A stretch of 56,134 nucleotides of DNA from Alphaproteobacteria bacterium (GTDB lineage Bacteria > Pseudomonadota > Alphaproteobacteria > Paracaedibacterales > CAITNM01). Each line of letters opens with the position of its first letter. Position 1 is the stretch's first letter. Below, piece by piece: positions 9,354 through 17,312 of the stretch. Both the position numbers and the translations under genes were made by a program. The notes below the pieces were generated by a model. The model worked only from the letters and a program-made list of their open reading frames with translations, ran no database searches and was not told the DNA's origin. The stretch covers positions 1-56,134 of the forward strand of contig JBAXJB010000006.1 in the NCBI GenBank assembly GCA_037138055.1. The letters are read 5' to 3'.

Positions 9354-9390
9354 AAAACATCTTTCTTTTTAATATTCGCTAGTGTAGTGT
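9354..9390 (+). promoter_or_regulatory. Array promoter module copy 3
   Basis: AAAACATCTTTC-N19-TAGTGT. Confidence 0.55.
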
Positions 9391-9453
9391 TCAAAACTTA
9401 GTTGTCCCTTCATGAGGGGATTTTTTTTTGTTTTTATTTTTGGAGTTTATAAT

Positions 9454-9930
9454 ATGAAGTGCCTAAAAAGTTTAGCATGTGCAATGTTGGTATCAATGGC
9501 GGTGGTTTGCGCATCAGATGATGAAGCTGGTCAAGCAGTACGCAAAACAGTATTTAATAGCAAAGATCGGGATCAGCTTACAGCTTGCACTGATGCTTTA
9601 GAAATGGCATATCCTAATTTAGCAACGTCTATAGCTGCGTTAAAGGTTCAAAACCTTCCAGAAGCGATAAGGTTATTAACACTAGCAGCTGCTGATGATC
9701 AAATGGGGCTTCTTTCATCAATTTTGGTTTCTGTTCAGGGCGTCCATGAGAATTGCGAAGAAGGTCAAAGTGACGATGAAGAAGAAGAGTTGGACGAAGA
9801 AGAGATTTATGCTGAGCTGGCTAGGCGTCAACAGTTACTAAATCAAGGATACGTAGTTACTGATTCTGGTGAAGTAGTTGGAATTGCTGAGCTGGACAGG
9901 CGTCAAGAAGAGCTAAATGCGGACCTGTAA
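9454..9930 (+). CDS. Secreted orphan protein, array gene 5
   Basis: TTGGAGTTTATAAT RBS before ATG 9454; MKCLKSLACAMLVSMAVVCA-SD; poly-Glu tract and internal repeat. Confidence 0.8.
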   Translation: MKCLKSLACAMLVSMAVVCASDDEAGQAVRKTVFNSKDRDQLTACTDALEMAYPNLATSIAALKVQNLPEAIRLLTLAAADDQMGLLSSILVSVQGVHENCEEGQSDDEEEELDEEEIYAELARRQQLLNQGYVVTDSGEVVGIAELDRRQEELNADL

Positions 9931-9972
9931 AAAGAAAGATGAGGCTTAAGCCATAAAAAATCTAAAATTTCT

Positions 9973-10003
9973 AAAGGAACCGGTACATTGTGCCGGTTTT
10001 TTT
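9973..10003 (+). terminator. Intrinsic terminator of array gene 5, homologous to 7202..7237
   Basis: AAAGGAACCGGTACATTGTGCCGGTTTTTTT. Confidence 0.8.
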
Positions 10004-10031
10004 ATGTTTTTTCTGATACTAAAAATGAAAT

Positions 10032-10068
10032 AAGTCGTGTTTCTTTTTGAAATTTATTGATTCATACT
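10032..10068 (+). promoter_or_regulatory. Array promoter module copy 4 (diverged)
   Basis: AAGTCGTGTTTC-N19-CATACT. Confidence 0.5.
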
Positions 10069-10122
10069 TTTGTTGGCGGTTATTCGTCAAGTGAAATATT
10101 TTCTTTATTTAGGAGTTGAGAT

Positions 10123-10581
10123 ATGAAAAGCCTAAGAAATTTAATATGTACAGTTTTAATGACCATGACGATGGCTGTTGCAGGGGATGGTGAAGATTTA
10201 GAGGACAGAAGTAGTACAAGCATTCCTTTGAGTACTGCAGGTGGGGTAGTGCGTGAGGAAGGTGTAGAAACAGTCTATTGCGAGGACCCGCACTGCTTTG
10301 GGTGTAATGTAGCTCGAGCATTAGCGCAGGGTGGCTCTTTTATAAGAGTACCAACAAGTTCTTTGCAAGTTCCACTAACTGCTGTTGGGGGGGCTGCTGA
10401 ACCTGAATCTTTAAACAGCATATTACGTAGAATATTTCAAGAAAATGGTGAGAACACAATGCAAGCATTAGATGAAGACTTTGGAGTTTTGGTACTGCAT
10501 CTTGTTCCTGTTCCTTCTGTTCCTTCAGCTGATGGTGATGCTGCTTCTAATGGTGGTGTTTCTGCTGATGGTGCTGAATAA
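10123..10581 (+). CDS. Secreted orphan protein, array gene 6
   Basis: TTAGGAGTTGAGAT RBS; MKSLRNLICTVLMTMTMAVA-GD; CEDPHCFGC motif. Confidence 0.8.
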   Translation: MKSLRNLICTVLMTMTMAVAGDGEDLEDRSSTSIPLSTAGGVVREEGVETVYCEDPHCFGCNVARALAQGGSFIRVPTSSLQVPLTAVGGAAEPESLNSILRRIFQENGENTMQALDEDFGVLVLHLVPVPSVPSADGDAASNGGVSADGAE

Positions 10582-10612
10582 TTAAGCACTGATCTATTTT
10601 ATGTTGTTGTAC

Positions 10613-10647
10613 AAATTCCTTCTTTGGTTCTTTCAGAGGGGGAATTT
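10613..10647 (+). terminator. Hairpin after array gene 6
   Basis: AAATTCCTTCTTTG...CAGAGGGGGAATTT stem with G-U pairs. Confidence 0.55.
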
Positions 10648-10685
10648 ATAAGAAATAAGCTAATTGTAAGAGAAAGATCTAAAAA

Positions 10686-11252
10686 ATGAAGTGTTTGAAA
10701 GGCTTGTTATCAATAGGATTAGCATCAACATTTTTTGCAGCTGATAGGTATGCTGTGGGTGGTGATATATCAGATGTAAGTGGTGATGAAGGCGAGGTTG
10801 CGCAAATAACGCAGGGTGCACCAGTGATAAAAGGAAGGAAGACTTTGGTAATTGCGAATGAAGCTGCTTTTGCTAGTTCTTACACAAACTTAACAGCTGA
10901 TGTATTAAAGGAAGTTGCAATTCAAACTGCTAAAAATAAGCTATTGAAAATTAAATCAGAACTAGATTTGACTGTGTGGGGATCTGTTGAAGAGGTTTTG
11001 TTTACAAATGATCCGAAGGCAATTATAAGACTGCTTGATGAAGTGTCTTCTAAAAGAGTTGGTGGTCCTGCTATTGGCGCACAAAGAAATGAGAGTCTAC
11101 AGCAGGGAATTTCATCTATTGCTAGAAATCTTAGCAAGGCAACATTATCGCCTTCGAAGAGAACATATTTGATGGATAGTGATAGCGTAACTGCAGAAAA
11201 ATTTGAAGGTAGTCCAGATTCTGTTTCTGGTGCTGAACATATCGAAGGTTGA
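10686..11252 (+). CDS. Secreted orphan protein, array gene 7
   Basis: MKCLKGLLSIGLASTFFA-AD signal peptide. Confidence 0.8.
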   Translation: MKCLKGLLSIGLASTFFAADRYAVGGDISDVSGDEGEVAQITQGAPVIKGRKTLVIANEAAFASSYTNLTADVLKEVAIQTAKNKLLKIKSELDLTVWGSVEEVLFTNDPKAIIRLLDEVSSKRVGGPAIGAQRNESLQQGISSIARNLSKATLSPSKRTYLMDSDSVTAEKFEGSPDSVSGAEHIEG

Positions 11253-11278
11253 CTTCTTTGCATAACAACAATGCGAAA

Positions 11279-11315
11279 AAAACATGTTTTTTCCAGAAAA
11301 TTTTTAATACACACT
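11279..11315 (+). promoter_or_regulatory. Array promoter module copy 5
   Basis: AAAACATGTTTT-N19-CACACT. Confidence 0.6.
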
Positions 11316-11368
11316 TCTATATGCGATTGTTTTGCGTATAAAAATTCATTTTTTAAAGAGGCTAGAAC

Positions 11369-11944
11369 ATGAAGTTACTTAGGAATTTGGCACTTACGCT
11401 ATTAGCTGCCAAAGTTGTGATTTTTTCAGGATTATTTTGTGGAGAATTTTTGGAACAAGATGTTGCAGAAATGAAAAGCGCAGAAGCTCCTCTTTCGTGC
11501 TGTATCTCAGTTAAAACTTGTGAGTTATTAGATGATAATCTCTCTAATTCTTTGATTGTGCAGTACAGGTCATGTCGAGAATTGAAGCAGTTGTTTATCA
11601 TTTTTCTCACAAATAATGGAACGCAATATTCATGGTGGAATGCATCTCACTTAATTGCTAATTCCCATGATTTGCCACTGACTGCTGGAATTAAGGAAGT
11701 TAAGGTAATTTCTGACGCAGAAGAAAAAAAATCAGGTTTTAGTTCAAGGAGAGCAACGCAAGATTTAGCTCAATATTGGGATGAAGAAGTGGAAGAAGTG
11801 GAAGAAAAACCTGCTCCTCCTCTCTCTATTACAATTCCACCAGTTTCAGATGGAAGAGTGCGTGGTTCCTCAAGCGATTGGTATATAGGCCGTTCACCAA
11901 CATCGCCAAATAGAGGGTGGGCTTCACCAGTACTTGTCAATTGA
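11369..11944 (+). CDS. Secreted orphan protein, array gene 8
   Basis: GAGG RBS; MKLLRNLALTLLAAKVVIFS-G; Ser/Pro-rich C-terminus. Confidence 0.75.
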   Translation: MKLLRNLALTLLAAKVVIFSGLFCGEFLEQDVAEMKSAEAPLSCCISVKTCELLDDNLSNSLIVQYRSCRELKQLFIIFLTNNGTQYSWWNASHLIANSHDLPLTAGIKEVKVISDAEEKKSGFSSRRATQDLAQYWDEEVEEVEEKPAPPLSITIPPVSDGRVRGSSSDWYIGRSPTSPNRGWASPVLVN

Positions 11945-11975
11945 AAGCACAATATAAAATTAGGATTTTTAAAAA

Positions 11976-12467
11976 ATGAAGTACTTTAAAAAATTGATGC
12001 TAGTGGCTCTATTATCAAACTTTATGATTTTTGCTGAAGATAAATCACTTTTTGATGATAGTTATTTAATAAAACGTGCTGCTTCTTCGAATTTTGTATC
12101 ACAACAGCTTCCAGCATTTTTTGGATATGCGTCTTTTAGCTATGGCTCAGTTTTTGGTGTGCTTTATTTTATGTACGAGACGGTATCTGAAAGTTTTTAT
12201 GCAAGAGTGATGAGTCTTAGTTTTGGGAGGAGGCCTGCAAACATTAAAAGAACTGGTGGAAATTTGCACCTACCTGATTTGGATACTAATGTTCTTACCC
12301 TTACCCTTACCCTTCCTGAAGATTGCAGCCGCCAGCCTACATTGTCTCCTTGCTTTTTTATAGGGTCTCCGCTTTCATCTCCTCCTTCATCTCCGCAGCG
12401 TCCAGGGGTTCGTAAACGTGCTCTTAGTAACTCTTACATGACGAATGTTGATCTATTAAAACAATAA
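11976..12467 (+). CDS. Secreted orphan protein, array gene 9
   Basis: TAGGA RBS; MKYFKKLMLVALLSNFMIFA-ED; Ser/Pro-rich C-terminus. Confidence 0.75.
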   Translation: MKYFKKLMLVALLSNFMIFAEDKSLFDDSYLIKRAASSNFVSQQLPAFFGYASFSYGSVFGVLYFMYETVSESFYARVMSLSFGRRPANIKRTGGNLHLPDLDTNVLTLTLTLPEDCSRQPTLSPCFFIGSPLSSPPSSPQRPGVRKRALSNSYMTNVDLLKQ

Positions 12468-12554
12468 AAAAATTTAAATTGGAATTAAATTATGGTATAT
12501 ATCTTGACTTTGTGAACCCCAAACAATGGGAATTTTTTTATAGGAGTTGAGAAT

Positions 12555-12881
12555 ATGAATTATCTAAAAACATTAATGCTAATAGTGGTGGTGGCGGTAT
12601 CTAATGCATCTGAGTCGACTGGGCTTGAGGAATTAATGGGAAATATGCATGTTTCTTCTGGTTGGGTTGGTCGCGCTAAAGCCATATTGCCAACGGTTCC
12701 TTGTTCTGATGAACTGCGTGTGGAAATTCAATCAATGATCGCAACACTACGTTCTAATCCTTCTGAAGCGCTTGCAGCAATGGTAACTTGGTTTGGTGTT
12801 TTTAGTGACGCTGAACCAAATACAGATGGAGATCATTTTAAAACCGCAGTGCGTTCTATTTTTCATCCTGCTGTTTCATAA
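12555..12881 (+). CDS. Secreted orphan protein, array gene 10
   Basis: TAGGAGTTGAGAAT RBS; MNYLKTLMLIVVVAVSNA-SE. Confidence 0.75.
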   Translation: MNYLKTLMLIVVVAVSNASESTGLEELMGNMHVSSGWVGRAKAILPTVPCSDELRVEIQSMIATLRSNPSEALAAMVTWFGVFSDAEPNTDGDHFKTAVRSIFHPAVS

Positions 12882-13012
12882 TTGGTTTATTAAATCTCTA
12901 TGGTCAAAAGCTATGGGGAATTTTGTTCTTGTGTTTCGTGGTTTTACCGATTGAGCTTTAAGCACATTTTATATAGACTAAATCAGTTTTTAAAAGGTTT
13001 TATAGCTAGGTT

Positions 13013-14578
13013 ATGTCTAACAATTCTGCGGTTTCTAATACAACATTTGATGCTAAATCATGGCCGTTTGAAGAGGCAAAACGGGTATTAGCACGTCTAC
13101 AGGGCAAGACACCTGAAAAAGGATATGTGCTTTTTGAAACTGGCTATGGACCTTCTGGATTGCCACACATTGGAACGTTTGCCGAAGTATTACGCACAAC
13201 TATGGTGCGCAAAGCGTTTGAAACACTTAGTGATATTCCTACCCGTTTATTTTGCTTTTCTGATGATATGGATGGCTTTCGCAAAGTTCCCGATAACGTG
13301 CCTAATAAAGACATGTTGGCTAAATACTTGAACATGCCGCTAACCAAGGTACCAGACCCTTATGAGAAATTTGAAAGCTTTGGTCACCATAATAATGCGA
13401 TGCTTCAACGCTTTTTAGATAGTTATGGTTTTGAATATGAATTTCAAAGTTCTACTGATTGGTATACATCTGGGCGGTTTGATCCGTCTTTGAAATTAGT
13501 GTTGCAACATTACGATGAAATTATGGGCATTATGTTGCCAACCTTGCGCGAAGAACGTCGTGCGACTTACAGCCCATTTTTGCCACTATGTCCTAGAACA
13601 GGGCACGTTTTACAAGTTCCTATGGTTGAAGTGCATCCGGAAAGTGATTCAGTTGTTTATAAGGACCCTGAAACGAATCAGCTAACCGAGGTCAAAATTA
13701 CGGGTGGAAGTTGTAAATTGCAGTGGAAGATCGACTGGGGCATGCGTTGGAAGGCTCTTGGGGTTGATTATGAAATGTCCGGGAAAGACCTTATTGATTC
13801 AGTGAAGTTATCATCGCAAGTATGCAGGGTTATTGGCGGGCGTGCGCCTGAAAATTTAACCTATGAATTGTTCTTAGATGATATTGGCCAAAAAATTAGT
13901 AAATCTAAGGGTAACGGCCTAAGCATGGATGAATGGCTAACTTATGCACCGCAAGAAAGCTTGGCATATTTTATGTACCAAGCACCTAAAAAAGCTAAGC
14001 GTTTGTTTTTTGATGTTATTCCTAAAGCAGTAGACGAATACCTACAGCACGTGAGCAAATTTACGCCGGAACAATATGACAACCCTGTTTGGCATATTCA
14101 TGGTGGTAAGGCCCCAGCTGCTGAAAGCGGCTTAAGCTTTAACATATTGTTGAACTTAGCATCGGTTGTGAATGCTGATGAAGGTAGTATTTTGTGGGGT
14201 TTTGTGAAGCGTTATGTGCCGGGTGCCGATGAAGCATCTATGCCATTTTTAGCAGAAATGATTACCTATGCAGTGAAGTACTATCAAGATTTTGTAAAAC
14301 CCAAAAAACAATACCGAGCGCCAAATCAAATGGAGCGTGAAGCTTTGCAACGCTTACATGATGAACTGGAAGATATATCATTTGAAAGCACAGCGGAAGA
14401 CCTGCAAGGCATTGTATTTGAGGTGGGTAAACAGTTTGCGTTTTCTGACTTGCGTCAGTGGTTTGGAACGTTGTATGAAGTGTTATTAGGCCAAGCAGAA
14501 GGTCCGCGTATGGGTTCTTTCATTGCGCTATTTGGCATTGCTGAAACACGAGCATTAATACAGGAGAAGTTAGCATGA
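13013..14578 (+). CDS. lysS: Lysine--tRNA ligase, class I
   Basis: WPFEEA, ETGYGPSGLPHIGT, KISKSKGN, GPRMGSF. Confidence 0.97.
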   Translation: MSNNSAVSNTTFDAKSWPFEEAKRVLARLQGKTPEKGYVLFETGYGPSGLPHIGTFAEVLRTTMVRKAFETLSDIPTRLFCFSDDMDGFRKVPDNVPNKDMLAKYLNMPLTKVPDPYEKFESFGHHNNAMLQRFLDSYGFEYEFQSSTDWYTSGRFDPSLKLVLQHYDEIMGIMLPTLREERRATYSPFLPLCPRTGHVLQVPMVEVHPESDSVVYKDPETNQLTEVKITGGSCKLQWKIDWGMRWKALGVDYEMSGKDLIDSVKLSSQVCRVIGGRAPENLTYELFLDDIGQKISKSKGNGLSMDEWLTYAPQESLAYFMYQAPKKAKRLFFDVIPKAVDEYLQHVSKFTPEQYDNPVWHIHGGKAPAAESGLSFNILLNLASVVNADEGSILWGFVKRYVPGADEASMPFLAEMITYAVKYYQDFVKPKKQYRAPNQMEREALQRLHDELEDISFESTAEDLQGIVFEVGKQFAFSDLRQWFGTLYEVLLGQAEGPRMGSFIALFGIAETRALIQEKLA

Positions 14579-15404
14579 AAAAATTTTTTATAACCTTGGC
14601 ATTTGTAAGCACACTATTTAGCTGTGAAACAATTTGGAATAATGGCCCAACGCAATTGTTAAAAGATATTTTTGAAGTTACTAAAACAATAGGTGTTGAA
14701 AAGCTTGAATCGGCAGTGAAGCAGAGTAATTTCAGGTGGATTCGTCCAAAGGGATTTGAGCTATGGGACGTGTATAGCCTGTTTGATGATGCACAGCGAG
14801 CTAAACTGACCGAAATAGTGAAAAACTCTAGTCTAGCAAAAGCAAAACTGCCAACCAAAAAGCACTATGATGCAGTTGTTATTTTTGGTGCAACCACACC
14901 AAGAGTTCAAGATCGCATTGCATTTTTAATGAAGCTTCAGCAGCAGGGTGTTACTTGGGATAAAGTGTATTTACTTGGTTCAACTCGTAATTTGAAAATT
15001 GGTAATGAAGCTGACAAAGCAATGGCTAAAGTACTGGAAACCAAAGGTGCTGTTGCTTCTGAAATGGCCATGGTTAATGAAATATGGCAAGAAACACCTA
15101 AGCCAGATTCCTTTAAAGACATTCCAACCGTTTCAATACAATCAGGTCAGCAACCAGATGGCACAAGAGCTAGTACTGAAGATACATTACGCGAAATGAC
15201 AAAAGATTTTGGGGATGTAAAAGATAAGGACTTTTTGTTTATTTCAAATAATCCCTACATTCCTTATCAAGATGCTGTAACAAAAAAAGTGTTAGGCAAT
15301 ATGGAATGAGCATTGAAACAGTTGGTGAAGCGATGACAGCTACTACAACCATGGAAAATGTGCTTGATACTGTTGCTAGGTGCTTGACGAATATTAGAGG
15401 GTAA
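14575..15404 (+). pseudogene. Exported protein (YdcF/DUF218-like features) split by a 1-nt frameshift near 15282-15297
   Basis: YDAVVIFGA, RASTEDT, LFISNNPY. Frame stops at 15309 but the -1 frame continues QYGMSIETVGEA...VLDTVARCLTNIRG* to 15404. Confidence 0.6.
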
Positions 15405-15508
15405 CGCTTCGTTGATGAAGGGGAGGCACAATTGGTGACCTTTCTTTTTGTTTGCCAGACTTCTTTGTTTCCTCATATTATGGGTGAAATTAATTTTTAA
15501 GGGGTATC

Positions 15509-15916
15509 ATGAACTACTTAAATAAATTATTGCTTGTTGTATTAACTTCATTACCACTTCTTGTTGCTATGGATACGCAGGAACCAGAAGATACACATAC
15601 AGTAACGATGAAATTGCCCTTAAATACAAAGCTAGCTGATGATACTAGCATTGCTGATGTGGAAGGCATTACATGCCTGAAGTTTGTAACCCCAAATGGT
15701 GTAATTCTGGCGAAGCTATTAGGTTTTTCTGATAGTACTACTCCGCGTTTAATATGGACTTCACCTGTTTTAGAAAAACTTAATTGGGGGCAGTTATTAC
15801 AATTAACAAGAAATCTTGAAATAGGGCCTGATGAATTTTTGCTGACGGGAATACGCAAAGCAGCCAGAGAATTGTTCGCAGCAGTAAAGCAAAAAATAGG
15901 ATTAAAACAGGACTAA
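15509..15916 (+). CDS. Secreted orphan protein with array-type signal peptide
   Basis: AAGGGG RBS; MNYLNKLLLVVLTSLPLLVA-MD; CAGACT upstream at 15456. Confidence 0.75.
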   Translation: MNYLNKLLLVVLTSLPLLVAMDTQEPEDTHTVTMKLPLNTKLADDTSIADVEGITCLKFVTPNGVILAKLLGFSDSTTPRLIWTSPVLEKLNWGQLLQLTRNLEIGPDEFLLTGIRKAARELFAAVKQKIGLKQD

Positions 15917-15952
15917 AGAAAGCATGTCTTCAAAATATTTTAGCATCATGCA

Positions 15953-16480
15953 ATGAAAAAAACTCTAGAGCAAATAAATAATCAACAGGTTTTGTGGCAA
16001 AATAAAATTTTGCCGTGCCGGGTTGGAGTGAATGATTTTTTAGGGCCTAAGCAAGAAGGGGATTTGTGTACCCCCATAGGTTCATGGAAGCTTCTAACGG
16101 TGTATTACCGCCCTGATAAAATGTCTCGACCCAAAACCATTTTGCCTGTTATTGAAATCACCCCCACTATGGGGTGGTCAGATGACCCAGATGATATTGC
16201 TTACAACACGTGCATTACTACGCCATACGCGTCTTCCCATGAGAAACTATGGCGAGATGATAATGTGTACGACCTTTTCATTACCACTAGTCATAATACC
16301 GATCCGATAATTCCAGAATGTGGAAGTGCAATTTTTATTCACCAGATGAACGAAAGCATGACACCTACCGCAGGGTGTTTGGCACTGAAATTTGAAGACC
16401 TTCTTAACCTGGTTGAAACAGCAACGCGTGATACCTATTGGGTTGTGGGTGACGACCTTGGGTACGTGCATAGTGCCTGA
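15953..16480 (+). CDS. L,D-transpeptidase (YkuD-like) family protein
   Basis: EGDLCTPIG, YYRPD, WSDDP, GSAIFIH...PTAGCLAL catalytic His/Cys. Confidence 0.88.
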   Translation: MKKTLEQINNQQVLWQNKILPCRVGVNDFLGPKQEGDLCTPIGSWKLLTVYYRPDKMSRPKTILPVIEITPTMGWSDDPDDIAYNTCITTPYASSHEKLWRDDNVYDLFITTSHNTDPIIPECGSAIFIHQMNESMTPTAGCLALKFEDLLNLVETATRDTYWVVGDDLGYVHSA

Positions 16481-17288
16481 GCTACCCGAAGTTGAAACCG
16501 TATGCCGGGGGCTTCGTCCCTATATGGAAGGCAAGGTTTTACAAAATGTCGTTTTGCACAGATCAAATTTAAGAAATCCTTTTCCACCGATGTTTGCTGA
16601 ACGTTTGCTAGGGCAGGTGGTTAACAAAATTAATCGTCGTGGGAAATATATTCTTGTTGAATTGCCTGATTACACTTGGATGATGCATTTGGGAATGAGT
16701 GGGCGCATTCAGCGAAGTTCCGTGGCTGATTATATTCATCAAAAGCATGATCATGTGGTGTGGCAGGTTGATGATATGATGTTCGCTTTTAATGATGCGC
16801 GTCGTTTTGGTGATATGGACCTGCTGGCAAAGGGGCAAACGTGTGCTCCAATAAAGACAATGGCGCCAGAGCCTTTTGAAATTGGGGTGAATGATTTTTA
16901 TAAACGGTTGCAGCGTACTGCGCGCCCGTTAAAAACGTCGTTACTTGATCAGGCGATTATTGCGGGGCTTGGCAACATTTATGTTTGCGAGGCGCTTTGG
17001 CAAAGCGGGTTATCGCCCTTTAAAGCTTCGGATTCCATTACCCTTAAACAGACACAGTTTTTATTGAAGAATATCTGCAAAGTACTTGAGCGAGCGATTG
17101 TATCGGGTGGGGCGTCGTTGCGCGATCATCGCACTGTTGATGGAACTCTTGGGTATTTTCAGCATCAGTTTAGAGTGTATGACCAAAAAGGTAATCCTTG
17201 CTTAACTGATTCGTGTTCCGGCACAATTAAGCGTGAAGCTCAAGCGGGTCGATCAACCTATTATTGTTCAACGTGTCAGCAAAACTAA
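16473..17288 (+). CDS. mutM: Formamidopyrimidine-DNA glycosylase
   Basis: GTG start at 16473 gives (M)PELPEVET; RRGKY, HLGMSG, GLGNIY, C-terminal zinc finger. Confidence 0.97.
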   Translation: MPELPEVETVCRGLRPYMEGKVLQNVVLHRSNLRNPFPPMFAERLLGQVVNKINRRGKYILVELPDYTWMMHLGMSGRIQRSSVADYIHQKHDHVVWQVDDMMFAFNDARRFGDMDLLAKGQTCAPIKTMAPEPFEIGVNDFYKRLQRTARPLKTSLLDQAIIAGLGNIYVCEALWQSGLSPFKASDSITLKQTQFLLKNICKVLERAIVSGGASLRDHRTVDGTLGYFQHQFRVYDQKGNPCLTDSCSGTIKREAQAGRSTYYCSTCQQN

Positions 17289-17312
17289 TGTTTAAAAGGG
17301 TTATTTTATAAA

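Noticed and set aside
5417-12881. Array interpreted as an integron cassette array
   Set aside because: No integrase nearby and no attC-like RYYYAAC...GTTRRRY pairs recognised; the genes carry their own promoter modules
16392-16472. N-terminal extension of mutM given by the ORF track
   Set aside because: Fpg needs Pro2 at its N-terminus; GTG at 16473 gives MPELPEV
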